Shown: piece by piece, positions 44,723 through 52,668 of the stretch | How positions within the stretch are numbered: the stretch's first letter is position 1 | Layout of the letters: every line of letters starts with the position of its first letter | NCBI GenBank assembly: GCA_026985525.1 | Contig: JALSQI010000002.1 | Coordinates: 131 to 64,130 of the forward strand | Direction: 5' to 3' | DNA length: 64,000 bases | Origin: Archaeoglobaceae archaeon | GTDB taxonomy: Archaea; Halobacteriota; Archaeoglobi; Archaeoglobales; Archaeoglobaceae | The notes under the pieces: generated by a model | What the model saw: only the letters and a program-made list of their open reading frames with translations | Databases searched by the model: none | Told to the model about the DNA's origin: nothing | Position numbers and translations under genes: made by a program

Positions 44723-46201
44723 ATGGTAATTAAAGATGTCGCTAAACTGATAGTAAAGAAGTTTGCATTTGAGGGATTTAACGTCCATCCATCTGCAATA
44801 GAGCTACTGAAAACTATGGATCCTTCGGAGTTGGATTCAGTGATTAAAAGCATATGCAAAAACTGTTCAAGCTCTTTCATAATAACGGCAGAAGATGTGA
44901 AAAAAGTGCTTGAAAGTAGGCTTGAAATTAGAAATCATAGCAATGTTAAAAAAACTGAATACTCGAATAAAAATAAAATAGAACCAAAAATAAAAAATCA
45001 GTCAAACAATCAAAAAATTCAAGTTATTAAAGACGTGAGCGGCAATTCATGCTGTCAGGGAAAGATAGAAGATTTCGTAGCTTACTTTAACTCCAGATAC
45101 GACAAGTTAGCTACGATACTTAAAAAGAGAATAAATCCCGTTCCGATATCTGCTCTACGGAAATTGAAGTCTCAGAACGTAGAAGTGATAGGAATGGTTA
45201 ACGATGTTAGAGAGACTAACAACAGCTGTATAGTCGAACTCGAAGACAAAACTGGCTTGGTATGTGCCATTGCAAGCGGAAAGTTAAAGGATTGTGCAAC
45301 AGAGCTCCTCGGAGACGAAGTTATTGCTGTAAGTGGATTATGGAATGGAAGGTATTTAATAGCTGACAGAATAGTTTTTCCAGACGTACCTATTAACGGC
45401 AATAAAAAGGATTGGGGGTTTAGCATAGCTTTCATTTCTGACACGCACTTTGGTAGCAACACGTTTATGGGAGAGGCTTGGCAGAGGTTCGTTAACTTTA
45501 TGAACTGCGAAGTAAGCGATGAAAGATTTGAAAAAATAGCGGAGAGTATAAAGTACGTAATTATTGCTGGAGACATAGTTGACGGAGTAGGTATATATCC
45601 CGGACAAGAAAACGAATTGGAAATAACTGACATATACGAACAGTACGAATTTGCAGCCGAACAAATAGAAAAGATTCCTTCTGAGGTTAAAGTAATAATT
45701 TCACCCGGAAACCACGATGCTGTTAGGCAGGCAGAACCCCAACCAAAACTTCCAGACGAGTTTGCTTCACTCTTTCCGAAAAACGTTATTCATGTAGGGA
45801 ATCCTGCTTTAATAACGCTCGACGGCGTTAAAGTCCAGATATACCACGGAAGAAGCATAGACGACTTAATAACAGACATTCCAAGGCTTAGCTACGAAAA
45901 GCCAGAAGAAGCACTTATAGAACTGCTTAAGAGAAGACACCTATCACCGCAATATGGAAAGAAAAGCCCCATTGCTCCTGAAAAGGAAGACTACTTAGTT
46001 ATAGAGGAAGTGCCAGACGTCTTGCATTCCGGACATGTACACACGTTTGGAACTGCATTTTATAGAGGAGTTTTTGTAGTCAACTCAAGCACTTGGCAAT
46101 CTCAAACTGAATTTCAGAAGAAAATGAACTTAAATCCTATGCCGGGAATAGTAGCTGTTTACAACGGAAAAAACGTGGTAAAGCTCAGATTTGCGAGGTA
46201 A
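44723..46201 (+). CDS. DNA polymerase D small subunit (DP1, exonuclease)
   Basis: Calcineurin-like phosphoesterase motifs FISDTHFG, AGDIVDG, GNHD and SGHVH. The N-terminal domain is typical of DP1. Confidence 0.85.
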   Translation: MVIKDVAKLIVKKFAFEGFNVHPSAIELLKTMDPSELDSVIKSICKNCSSSFIITAEDVKKVLESRLEIRNHSNVKKTEYSNKNKIEPKIKNQSNNQKIQVIKDVSGNSCCQGKIEDFVAYFNSRYDKLATILKKRINPVPISALRKLKSQNVEVIGMVNDVRETNNSCIVELEDKTGLVCAIASGKLKDCATELLGDEVIAVSGLWNGRYLIADRIVFPDVPINGNKKDWGFSIAFISDTHFGSNTFMGEAWQRFVNFMNCEVSDERFEKIAESIKYVIIAGDIVDGVGIYPGQENELEITDIYEQYEFAAEQIEKIPSEVKVIISPGNHDAVRQAEPQPKLPDEFASLFPKNVIHVGNPALITLDGVKVQIYHGRSIDDLITDIPRLSYEKPEEALIELLKRRHLSPQYGKKSPIAPEKEDYLVIEEVPDVLHSGHVHTFGTAFYRGVFVVNSSTWQSQTEFQKKMNLNPMPGIVAVYNGKNVVKLRFAR

Positions 46202-46223
46202 TTGATAATTCGAGAGGTGAAAC

Positions 46224-46628
46224 ATGTACAAGTTGCGTAAAATATTCTGGGAGGGTGAAAAAATTGAAAGTGAACTTATACTCTCTAAAAAGCCGATCTC
46301 TTTTCTTGGAGACGTAAAATCTGGCTATGTAGTGGCTGATGACAGCGATGTCGTAGGTGCAAAGATTTCGGGTAGAATTTTCGCTTTTCCGGAAGGTAGG
46401 GGTTCGACTGTTGGGACTTACGTAATGCTGCAGTTGTCTAAGGAAGGATTAGCACCAATTGCAATAGTCAATAGGAGAACTGAAAGTATAATAGCTGCTG
46501 GAGCAGTTATATCTGGTATTGCACTATTTGACTCTCCGAGTCCAGACTTATTCGAACTTGAGCCGGGCATTTACAGAGCAGAAATAGAGGATAGAGGAGA
46601 ATTTGCTGTAATGAGGGTAAAGAAATGA
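46224..46628 (+). CDS. aconitase X small (swivel, DUF126) subunit, probable phosphomevalonate dehydratase small subunit
   Basis: 134 aa. ISFLGDV ... GRIFAFPEGRGSTVG is the DUF126 signature. Confidence 0.6.
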   Translation: MYKLRKIFWEGEKIESELILSKKPISFLGDVKSGYVVADDSDVVGAKISGRIFAFPEGRGSTVGTYVMLQLSKEGLAPIAIVNRRTESIIAAGAVISGIALFDSPSPDLFELEPGIYRAEIEDRGEFAVMRVKK

Positions 46629-47653
46629 CTCAAGAAAAAGATTTAGAAAAAATTCAAAGAGAAGTAGAGTCTGCTTTCAAAGTCTATCATGTCGAAAAAG
46701 ATAAAGATTATCTAAAGCTATACGTCCTAAATCCAGATTACAAGCTTATAGAAGAAATCGCTATTAGGTATCCTGAATGGGAAATATCGCTTAAAGAAAG
46801 GTTAGGGGAACAATACGTAGAAATAAAACCGAAAAAACCTGAAAAAGAGAGAATATGGATAAATTTACTTTTACTAATTCTGACATTCCTATCCACGACG
46901 TATGTTGGTATGAGCTTTTATACAAAAAATAAATTATGGGGAGGTATTGTTTTCTCTCTGTCAATTCTGTTCGTCCTCGGAAGTCACGAGATGGGGCACT
47001 ACTTTACAGCCAAGAAATGGGGTATTAAAACATCCCTACCATACTTTATTCCCGCACCAAACATCTTGGGAACTTTTGGAGCTGTAATAAAGCAGAAAAG
47101 TAACTGCCCAAATAGAAAAGCTCTGTTTGACATGGGAGTATCTGGACCTATGGTTGGGGTAGTTGCCTCCATATTGGTAAGTTATATTGGCCTAAGAATG
47201 CCAGCTTCTGCAGGAAAAGGTTACGTAGAAATAGGAATACCTCCTCTATTCCAAGCGGTAGAAATTCTGGCGCACTTTAATGGAAAAGCAATTAGCCCAG
47301 TAGCATTCGCTGGCTGGGTTGGAATGTTTCTAACGTGTTTAAACATGATTCCCGCAGGACAGCTTGATGGAGGACACGTTTTGAGAGCGATGATAGGCAA
47401 AGCGAGCGATCAAGTTTCAAGAATTATGCCTCTCTTAGTTTTAGCAGTAGGTTATATATCTGACGTTATGTGTGGAGCTGGTAGTATATGGATAGTCTGG
47501 TCTTTAATAGTTCTGTTCTTTTCTTTTGCACCTCACCCACCACCCGTTGACGATGAAACAAAAATAGACAAAAAGAGATACGTGTTCGGAATCATAGCAT
47601 TTCTTATAGCCTTAAGCTGTTTCACTCCGTGTCCTTTTAAGTTTGTGAAATAA
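46625..47653 (+). CDS. M50-family site-2 metalloprotease
   Basis: HEMGHY zinc motif within a TM helix and a second motif NMIPAGQLDGGH. Confidence 0.7.
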   Translation: MTQEKDLEKIQREVESAFKVYHVEKDKDYLKLYVLNPDYKLIEEIAIRYPEWEISLKERLGEQYVEIKPKKPEKERIWINLLLLILTFLSTTYVGMSFYTKNKLWGGIVFSLSILFVLGSHEMGHYFTAKKWGIKTSLPYFIPAPNILGTFGAVIKQKSNCPNRKALFDMGVSGPMVGVVASILVSYIGLRMPASAGKGYVEIGIPPLFQAVEILAHFNGKAISPVAFAGWVGMFLTCLNMIPAGQLDGGHVLRAMIGKASDQVSRIMPLLVLAVGYISDVMCGAGSIWIVWSLIVLFFSFAPHPPPVDDETKIDKKRYVFGIIAFLIALSCFTPCPFKFVK

Positions 47654-47677
47654 TCGACTGCGTTTACTTTTCTGCGT

Positions 47678-47920
47678 TTACTTTTCAATCCACCATAACC
47701 ACAATCCTCTCGCTACCCTCGCTCTTCTACCTCTAATTCTCCCCTCTATCGCAAGCTTTTGCAAAGCCCTAAGAGTAACTCTCCTGTTCAAACCTAATAC
47801 CTTAGCTATTTCAGATGTTGCTAACGGACCGTCTGTTGAAGATAAAATTTCAAGTATCTTTTCTTTTACCTCTTCCTCAGACCAATACAGCATGTCGTCA
47901 ACCTCCTCTCCATTTTTCAT
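47678..47920 (-). CDS. small winged-helix DNA-binding protein
   Basis: 80 aa. ILEILSSTDGPLATSEIAKVLGLNRRVTLRALQKLAIEGRI is wHTH-like. Confidence 0.4.
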   Translation of the reverse strand: MKNGEEVDDMLYWSEEEVKEKILEILSSTDGPLATSEIAKVLGLNRRVTLRALQKLAIEGRIRGRRARVARGLWLWWIEK

Positions 47921-47966
47921 TCAATTTCACCTCTTAAAAAATAAAATAAAAATTTAATAATAAAAA

Positions 47967-48683
47967 TTAATTATTCGAATATTTTGGTTGCACTTTCAAT
48001 TTTATCTTGTACTTCGTTCTCAAACCCTTCTTGAGCATAACGTATAACTCACTCAAAGCGAAAGTGACATCCGATAGTATTCTAATCTTCTTTCTCTTTA
48101 CTGCAACTCTCTTAATTTCCTCTGGAATTCCAATCACTTTTGCATTGAAACAGACTATTTTTCCATCCACTTTTACGGGCTTCCAAGCAACATCGTTTCT
48201 ACCAATTTCCTCTGTTACATCCACTCCCGCATCGAGTATGCATCTCCTAACTTTGACAGTGTAATCTCCGGAAACCAACAGCTCTCTACCGTAGTTAACG
48301 TGCGGACAGCCATCTTTTTCCGCACCAACGTAAACATTCATCCCTGTTAAAGGTACTATATACTCATCTCCAACTCTAACACACCTGAAAAAGACTATTC
48401 CTTCCTCACTGTCGTCTAAAAAGTATCCTCCATATACAGGATGAATTTTTACAGCACTTCCCCTGAATTCCTGTTCTTTCTTAAAGTAGTTGAGATACCT
48501 TGCTTGATCTCCGACATAGATCGTGTAAAGTGCAAGCATCGGATGCTTCCTTATCATCGTGTAATCCCTTAACCTCATTCCCGCATAGTAAATACCCACT
48601 TCTCCCTTTACTTCCTCGGAAAACGTTAAATATCCGTCTTTCCAGACTACATCACAACCCCTCATGACATAACCCCCCCACAA
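47967..48683 (-). CDS. hypothetical protein
   Basis: 238-aa ORF with normal composition and a basic tail. No family recognised. The start is uncertain (an internal MRGCD is possible). Confidence 0.35.
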   Translation of the reverse strand: MWGGYVMRGCDVVWKDGYLTFSEEVKGEVGIYYAGMRLRDYTMIRKHPMLALYTIYVGDQARYLNYFKKEQEFRGSAVKIHPVYGGYFLDDSEEGIVFFRCVRVGDEYIVPLTGMNVYVGAEKDGCPHVNYGRELLVSGDYTVKVRRCILDAGVDVTEEIGRNDVAWKPVKVDGKIVCFNAKVIGIPEEIKRVAVKRKKIRILSDVTFALSELYVMLKKGLRTKYKIKLKVQPKYSNN

Positions 48684-48726
48684 ATTTTATTTTTTTAAAA
48701 AATTAAAATTTTAAATTTTAAGACAT

Positions 48727-49176
48727 TCAGTGTCCCATGAGTATTGGTCTGAATATTGCGAATAGGAATTCTATTATTAGTATTCCTATGAGAACTTTGT
48801 ACTTCTTATCAGCTTTTACTTCAGCTCCAATAAGACTGATGAGTGGAGTTACTGCGAGTATGCAAACACCGAATATGCTTAAGCAGTCTGTAGCGGTAAG
48901 GTGTGAAAGGAACCAGCTGTAGCCAAAAACTTTTATTCCCATGACCTTTTTCCAGAAAGCACTTGCTTTAAGTCCCCAGTACTTCACTACAACATCTCTG
49001 CTGAGGTAACCCTTTCCCGTAACTATGTATATTATTCCAGGAACGAACATTGCAATTAAGCCTATTATTGTCAGTATCTCCATTATCTTGCCAAATACGT
49101 AGTTCATAGGTTCCACTATTACTTCCTTAAGTTCAGTTCCGAGTTCCTCCTTCTCCTTCTCAACTACAACGGCCAT
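48727..49176 (-). CDS. small membrane protein, DUF1634-like partner of TauE (copy 1)
   Basis: 149 aa with three or four TM segments. It lies 13 nt downstream of a TauE gene and is a paralog of 50271-50720 (shared GYSW...TDCLS block). Confidence 0.45.
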   Translation of the reverse strand: MAVVVEKEKEELGTELKEVIVEPMNYVFGKIMEILTIIGLIAMFVPGIIYIVTGKGYLSRDVVVKYWGLKASAFWKKVMGIKVFGYSWFLSHLTATDCLSIFGVCILAVTPLISLIGAEVKADKKYKVLIGILIIEFLFAIFRPILMGH

Positions 49177-49189
49177 TCAAAACACCTCC

Positions 49190-50077
49190 TTAAATAGGTG
49201 GAGCGAGTCCAAGACCGTGGAGTCCCTTCCATATGTCCATTATCGCCGCAAAGAGCATGATTGCCATCACAAGGTACTTTATCGACTTTGGTCTGGATTT
49301 GACTGCAATTCTCGCACCAATTCTTGCACCGATAGTTATTCCAAGAACAGATGGAACGATTATCAACGCGAGCATAGCACCTCTTGCCATGTAAACCCAG
49401 CAAGCTGCAGCATCGTTTATGGTGATTATCATCATGCTTGTAGAGGTTGCTACTTTAAGCGGTGCGCCCATAACGAGGTTCAACACTGGAACGTTTGCCC
49501 AACCAGCACCGAGACCGAACATTCCTGCTATGAAACCTACACCTGCAAAAGCTGGCAGAGCGTACAGCAAATTAGTAGTTCTGTACTCGACAACCTTGTT
49601 TAAGCTTGGTTCATACCACATCCCGTGTATATCGAGTTTTTCAGATATTGGGTCAATATGCGCTATTTGGGGGAATTCTACTCTCTTAGAAAACAGATAT
49701 ACCAAGAATACGACAAATAGTATTAGACCTAAGCCGATTTTTATGTAGCTCTTACCCTGTGGAAACGCGTTAGTAACCCAGAGACCTATTATCCCTCCAA
49801 GTATCGAGAAAATAATGCTAACAATAACTACTGGAGCGAGAATTCTAAGATTTGCTAAGCCCTTTTTAGCGAAGTGTGGGGCTGAGGATAGAGCTGAAGT
49901 CATAGCCATTACCAATCCAGCACCTCTTATGAAGTCGGTACTGAAAGGATAGAAAGCCATTGTAAGAGGTGTAAACAAAACTCCTCCACCAACTCCGGCT
50001 ATTGGAGCTACAATACCTATTCCGAGCGTCATGAAAAACAAAGCAAGCACCCACATCAACCAGTCCAAATCCTCCAC
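49190..50077 (-). CDS. TauE/SafE (DUF81) family anion exporter-type membrane protein (copy 1)
   Basis: GVGGGVLFTPL and GLGAGWANVPVLN repeat motifs of DUF81. The start is ambiguous: GTG at 50077 or TTG at 50068, after GGAGGTG. Confidence 0.7.
   Translation of the reverse strand: MEDLDWLMWVLALFFMTLGIGIVAPIAGVGGGVLFTPLTMAFYPFSTDFIRGAGLVMAMTSALSSAPHFAKKGLANLRILAPVVIVSIIFSILGGIIGLWVTNAFPQGKSYIKIGLGLILFVVFLVYLFSKRVEFPQIAHIDPISEKLDIHGMWYEPSLNKVVEYRTTNLLYALPAFAGVGFIAGMFGLGAGWANVPVLNLVMGAPLKVATSTSMMIITINDAAACWVYMARGAMLALIIVPSVLGITIGARIGARIAVKSRPKSIKYLVMAIMLFAAIMDIWKGLHGLGLAPPI
49478..49530. repeat. 53-nt tract identical to 51021-51073 inside the TauE paralogs
   Basis: GTTCAACACTGGAACGTTTGCCCAACCAGCACCGAGACCGAACATTCCTGCTA is present in both copies, by base-by-base comparison. 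Confidence 0.9.
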
Positions 50078-50154
50078 CTCCCTTTAAACCTTACTTTACG
50101 CCGTATTTTATACCGAACTATACACCGGCGTATATGTAGTTATTAACGACGTAC

Positions 50155-50179
50155 AATATAAAGTTTTCTAAATTTTTAG
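50155..50179 (-). promoter_or_regulatory. promoter element of TauE cassette 1 (BRE/TATA)
   Basis: The minus strand reads CTAAAAATTTAGAAAACTTTATATT. A near-identical element occurs upstream of cassette 2 (51689-51712). Confidence 0.4.
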
Positions 50180-50270
50180 AAACCCCACTGAAAACTTCAA
50201 AGTAGGCGTCGTTAAAAACTAAAAATTCGATAGCAAAAATGAATTGAAAAATAAAAAAATTCAAAAGATA

Positions 50271-50720
50271 TTACTTCTTTACGACTTTTTTAGCACCGCT
50301 TGCCGCAGCTACAAGCGATTTAACAAGTATAGAAGCTATGAATTCCAACGCCGCTATTAACAACAGTACTCTATAAGTTCTATCTTCAGCTTTAACGACT
50401 GCAGCGAGCATCGAAAGCAGTGGTGTAATCATTAGAAGTAAAACTCCAATCATGCTTAAGCAGTCTGTTTTATCTAAGTGGTCGAAAATCCAAGAGTAGC
50501 CAGTTACAGTTCTACCAGTAACGTTGAGCCAAAAGTCGTTTGCACTCAACCTCCAGTACTTGTGAGCTTCTGTTAAAGGCACGTACTGGTTTATCCCCAT
50601 GAAGTAAGCTATTGCAGGCAGTACCATCAGGACTATACCTATAACAGTAAATATCATCATAGTTTTGGCAAAAGCCAGTCCCATTTCGTCAACTCTTATT
50701 TCTCTTTCATTCTTCCCCAT
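50271..50720 (-). CDS. small membrane protein, DUF1634-like partner of TauE (copy 2)
   Basis: 149 aa. It lies 3 nt downstream of TauE copy 2 and is a paralog of 48727-49176. Confidence 0.45.
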   Translation of the reverse strand: MGKNEREIRVDEMGLAFAKTMMIFTVIGIVLMVLPAIAYFMGINQYVPLTEAHKYWRLSANDFWLNVTGRTVTGYSWIFDHLDKTDCLSMIGVLLLMITPLLSMLAAVVKAEDRTYRVLLLIAALEFIASILVKSLVAAASGAKKVVKK

Positions 50721-50723
50721 TGC

Positions 50724-51617
50724 TCACACCCCCGGAAGTATTGGAGGTATTACATGCATACCCTGCAAACCCTTAATTATGTTCAGAACGCCAGCTATGA
50801 ACAGTATTGCCAAAACAAGCCACCTCACGAATTTTGGTTTTATTATCTCTGCAACTTTTGCACCAATTCTTGCACCGATAGTTATTCCAAGTATGGACGG
50901 AACAACTATGAGTGGAAGTATCGCACCCTTAGTAAGGTAAATACCTATGGCTGGAGCGTTTGCGGTTATAATCAGCATGCTCGTAGCTGTCGCAACTTTT
51001 ATCGGAACGCCCATCAGCATGTTCAACACTGGAACGTTTGCCCAACCAGCACCGAGACCGAACATTCCTGCTACGAAGCCTATTACCGCAAAAGTTACTA
51101 TTGCAATTGGCGTATTTTTGGTCGTATATTCTATTATCGCATCGAGATCAGGTTCATAGTACTCACCCCATATGTTCAGTTTTTTCGACAGAGAATCTCT
51201 ATCTTCTTCTTTGACTTCGGGGAACTCAACTCTCTTTGAAGATACCATTATAAAGAACACCAGTAATATTATTGCACCAAGTAGGACTTTTATCAAATAC
51301 TTTCCATTGGGATAAGCGTTTGTAACCCAAAGGCCTACCCAACCACCGACAACGGAAGTTATGACCATCACAGGTGCGATGATTGCAAAAATCCTTATGT
51401 TCGCAAGACCCTTTCTTATAAGGTAAGGCACTGACGAGAGAGCTGAAGTTACTGCCATTACCAATCCTGCACCTCTTATGAAGTCTATGTTAAACGGCGT
51501 TATTATTGTAGATAGCGGTACGAAGAGAACTCCACCTCCAACACCAGATACCGGCGATATTATGCCTATCAGCAGTGTAAACACAAACATGAACAAAGGC
51601 CAGAACCACCATGCCAT
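50724..51617 (-). CDS. TauE/SafE (DUF81) family membrane protein (copy 2)
   Basis: Paralog of 49190-50077. I chose the start at ATG 51617, preceded by GGAGGTGAT. The ORF-track extension to 51683 would run into the promoter element. Confidence 0.7.
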   Translation of the reverse strand: MAWWFWPLFMFVFTLLIGIISPVSGVGGGVLFVPLSTIITPFNIDFIRGAGLVMAVTSALSSVPYLIRKGLANIRIFAIIAPVMVITSVVGGWVGLWVTNAYPNGKYLIKVLLGAIILLVFFIMVSSKRVEFPEVKEEDRDSLSKKLNIWGEYYEPDLDAIIEYTTKNTPIAIVTFAVIGFVAGMFGLGAGWANVPVLNMLMGVPIKVATATSMLIITANAPAIGIYLTKGAILPLIVVPSILGITIGARIGAKVAEIIKPKFVRWLVLAILFIAGVLNIIKGLQGMHVIPPILPGV

Positions 51618-51688
51618 CGAATCACCTCCTACTATCACGTCGTCGAAAACGTGATAGAAACCGGCATACGCAAAGGCAACCAAGACAG

Positions 51689-51712
51689 AATATAAGGTTT
51701 TCTATTTTTTAG
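51689..51712 (-). promoter_or_regulatory. promoter element of TauE cassette 2 (BRE/TATA)
   Basis: AATATAAGGTTTTCTATTTTTTAG on the plus strand matches 50155-50179 apart from one substitution and a one-base-shorter A/T run. Confidence 0.4.
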
Positions 51713-51865
51713 CGATTTCTAAAATATGATTTCGGGAATATTAAAGAGAGTTCGATTTTGATGAAATTTAAGCACAAAATTATCGGAAATAATTATCTTC
51801 CTTTCATTGAAAGATAGCGTCTGATGATTTCTTGTGAAAAGTGATGATGACTTACTTAAACAAAT

Positions 51866-51888
51866 TTAACAAATAATTTATTTGTTAA
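51866..51888. promoter_or_regulatory. perfect 11-1-11 palindrome TTAACAAATAA-T-TTATTTGTTAA
   Basis: I read it directly in the 304-nt divergent intergenic region between TauE copy 2 and the HARP gene. Confidence 0.3.
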
Positions 51889-51987
51889 AACTTATTAAAA
51901 ATTAGTAAAATTGGCGTAATTCTCGGTAGTGTAACGGTTATTATGCTATTCAAAACTGCTTTATCTTAGGAAGTAAGCTCAAGTTTA

Positions 51988-52668
51988 ATGAAGCAGAGAT
52001 TCGTATTGGATACCACAGCGATAACCGATACGGGCTTGAGACTTAGGGAGGGCTATGAGAACATATGCGAGTCCGCTCAAGAAGTACTCGACTTAATAGC
52101 AATAGCAAGACTAAAATTTGACATAAGTTGTTACATACCCTACCCAACTGTTTACGGAGAACTCGTAAGCTTCCTGAGAAGGTACAATTGCAGTGAGGAC
52201 GTTTTCGTTAAATTGGACACTTGGCTCGTAAAGAAGACTCCAAATAGGTACGAAGTAAAAATACCTGCCGCAATATTTTACGAGTACGTTTTAACAATGA
52301 GACAAAAAATAAACAGGGGAAGGAAGCTTGCAGAAGAGTATATATGGGAAAGTTCAGCTGTAACTTCATCTATTATTTCTGGTAACGAAAACGAGAAAAA
52401 GGAAGCTGTTGAGAGAGAAATCGGCTCCTTAATTGGTAAGTTTAGGGATAAGTACAAAACGACGATGAGGCAAGGTATTCTCGACAGCTCTCCTGACCTC
52501 GATGTGCTTTTACTGGCAAAAGAGTTAGAAGCGGGGGTAGTTAGCAGTGACGCTGGAATAAGAAAGTGGAGTGAAAGAATGGGTTTGAGATTCGTTGAAG
52601 CTTCAAAGTTTCCGAGAATGTTGAAAGAATACTTGGCTTTGGTCGATAAATTCGGGGGTTCGGAATGA
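51988..52668 (+). CDS. HARP-type PIN-domain protein (homolog of Aquifex RNA-free RNase P)
   Basis: The N-terminal [10 protein letters not shown] and C-terminal [43 protein letters not shown] align with my recollection of Aquifex aeolicus Aq_880 (FVLDTS..., [43 protein letters not shown]). Confidence 0.7.
   Translation: [226 protein letters not shown]

Noticed and set aside
44707-44880. N-terminal extension of the signal peptidase ORF (to 44880) overlapping the PolD small-subunit gene by 158 nt.
   Set aside because: The extension (MKELEQFLHMLLITESNSEG...) has no similarity to signal peptidases. An internal ATG at 44706 gives the canonical short cytoplasmic tail plus TM anchor.
49164-51239. 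Multiple alternative-frame ORFs inside the TauE genes (49164-49403, 49217-49603, 49419-49748, 49866-50054, 50665-50940, 50754-51239, 50947-51159).
   Set aside because: All are embedded in or antisense to the strongly supported DUF81 reading frames and have odd composition (C-, H-, N-, Y-rich or hydrophobic mirror sequences). There is no independent support for them.
51815-51865. Possible C/D box sRNA, because of CTGATGA and GTGATGATGA motifs in the TauE/HARP spacer.
   Set aside because: There is no correctly spaced D' or D (CTGA) box after either C-like box, and no terminal stem. The spacing does not fit the C-12nt-D'...C'-12nt-D architecture on either strand.
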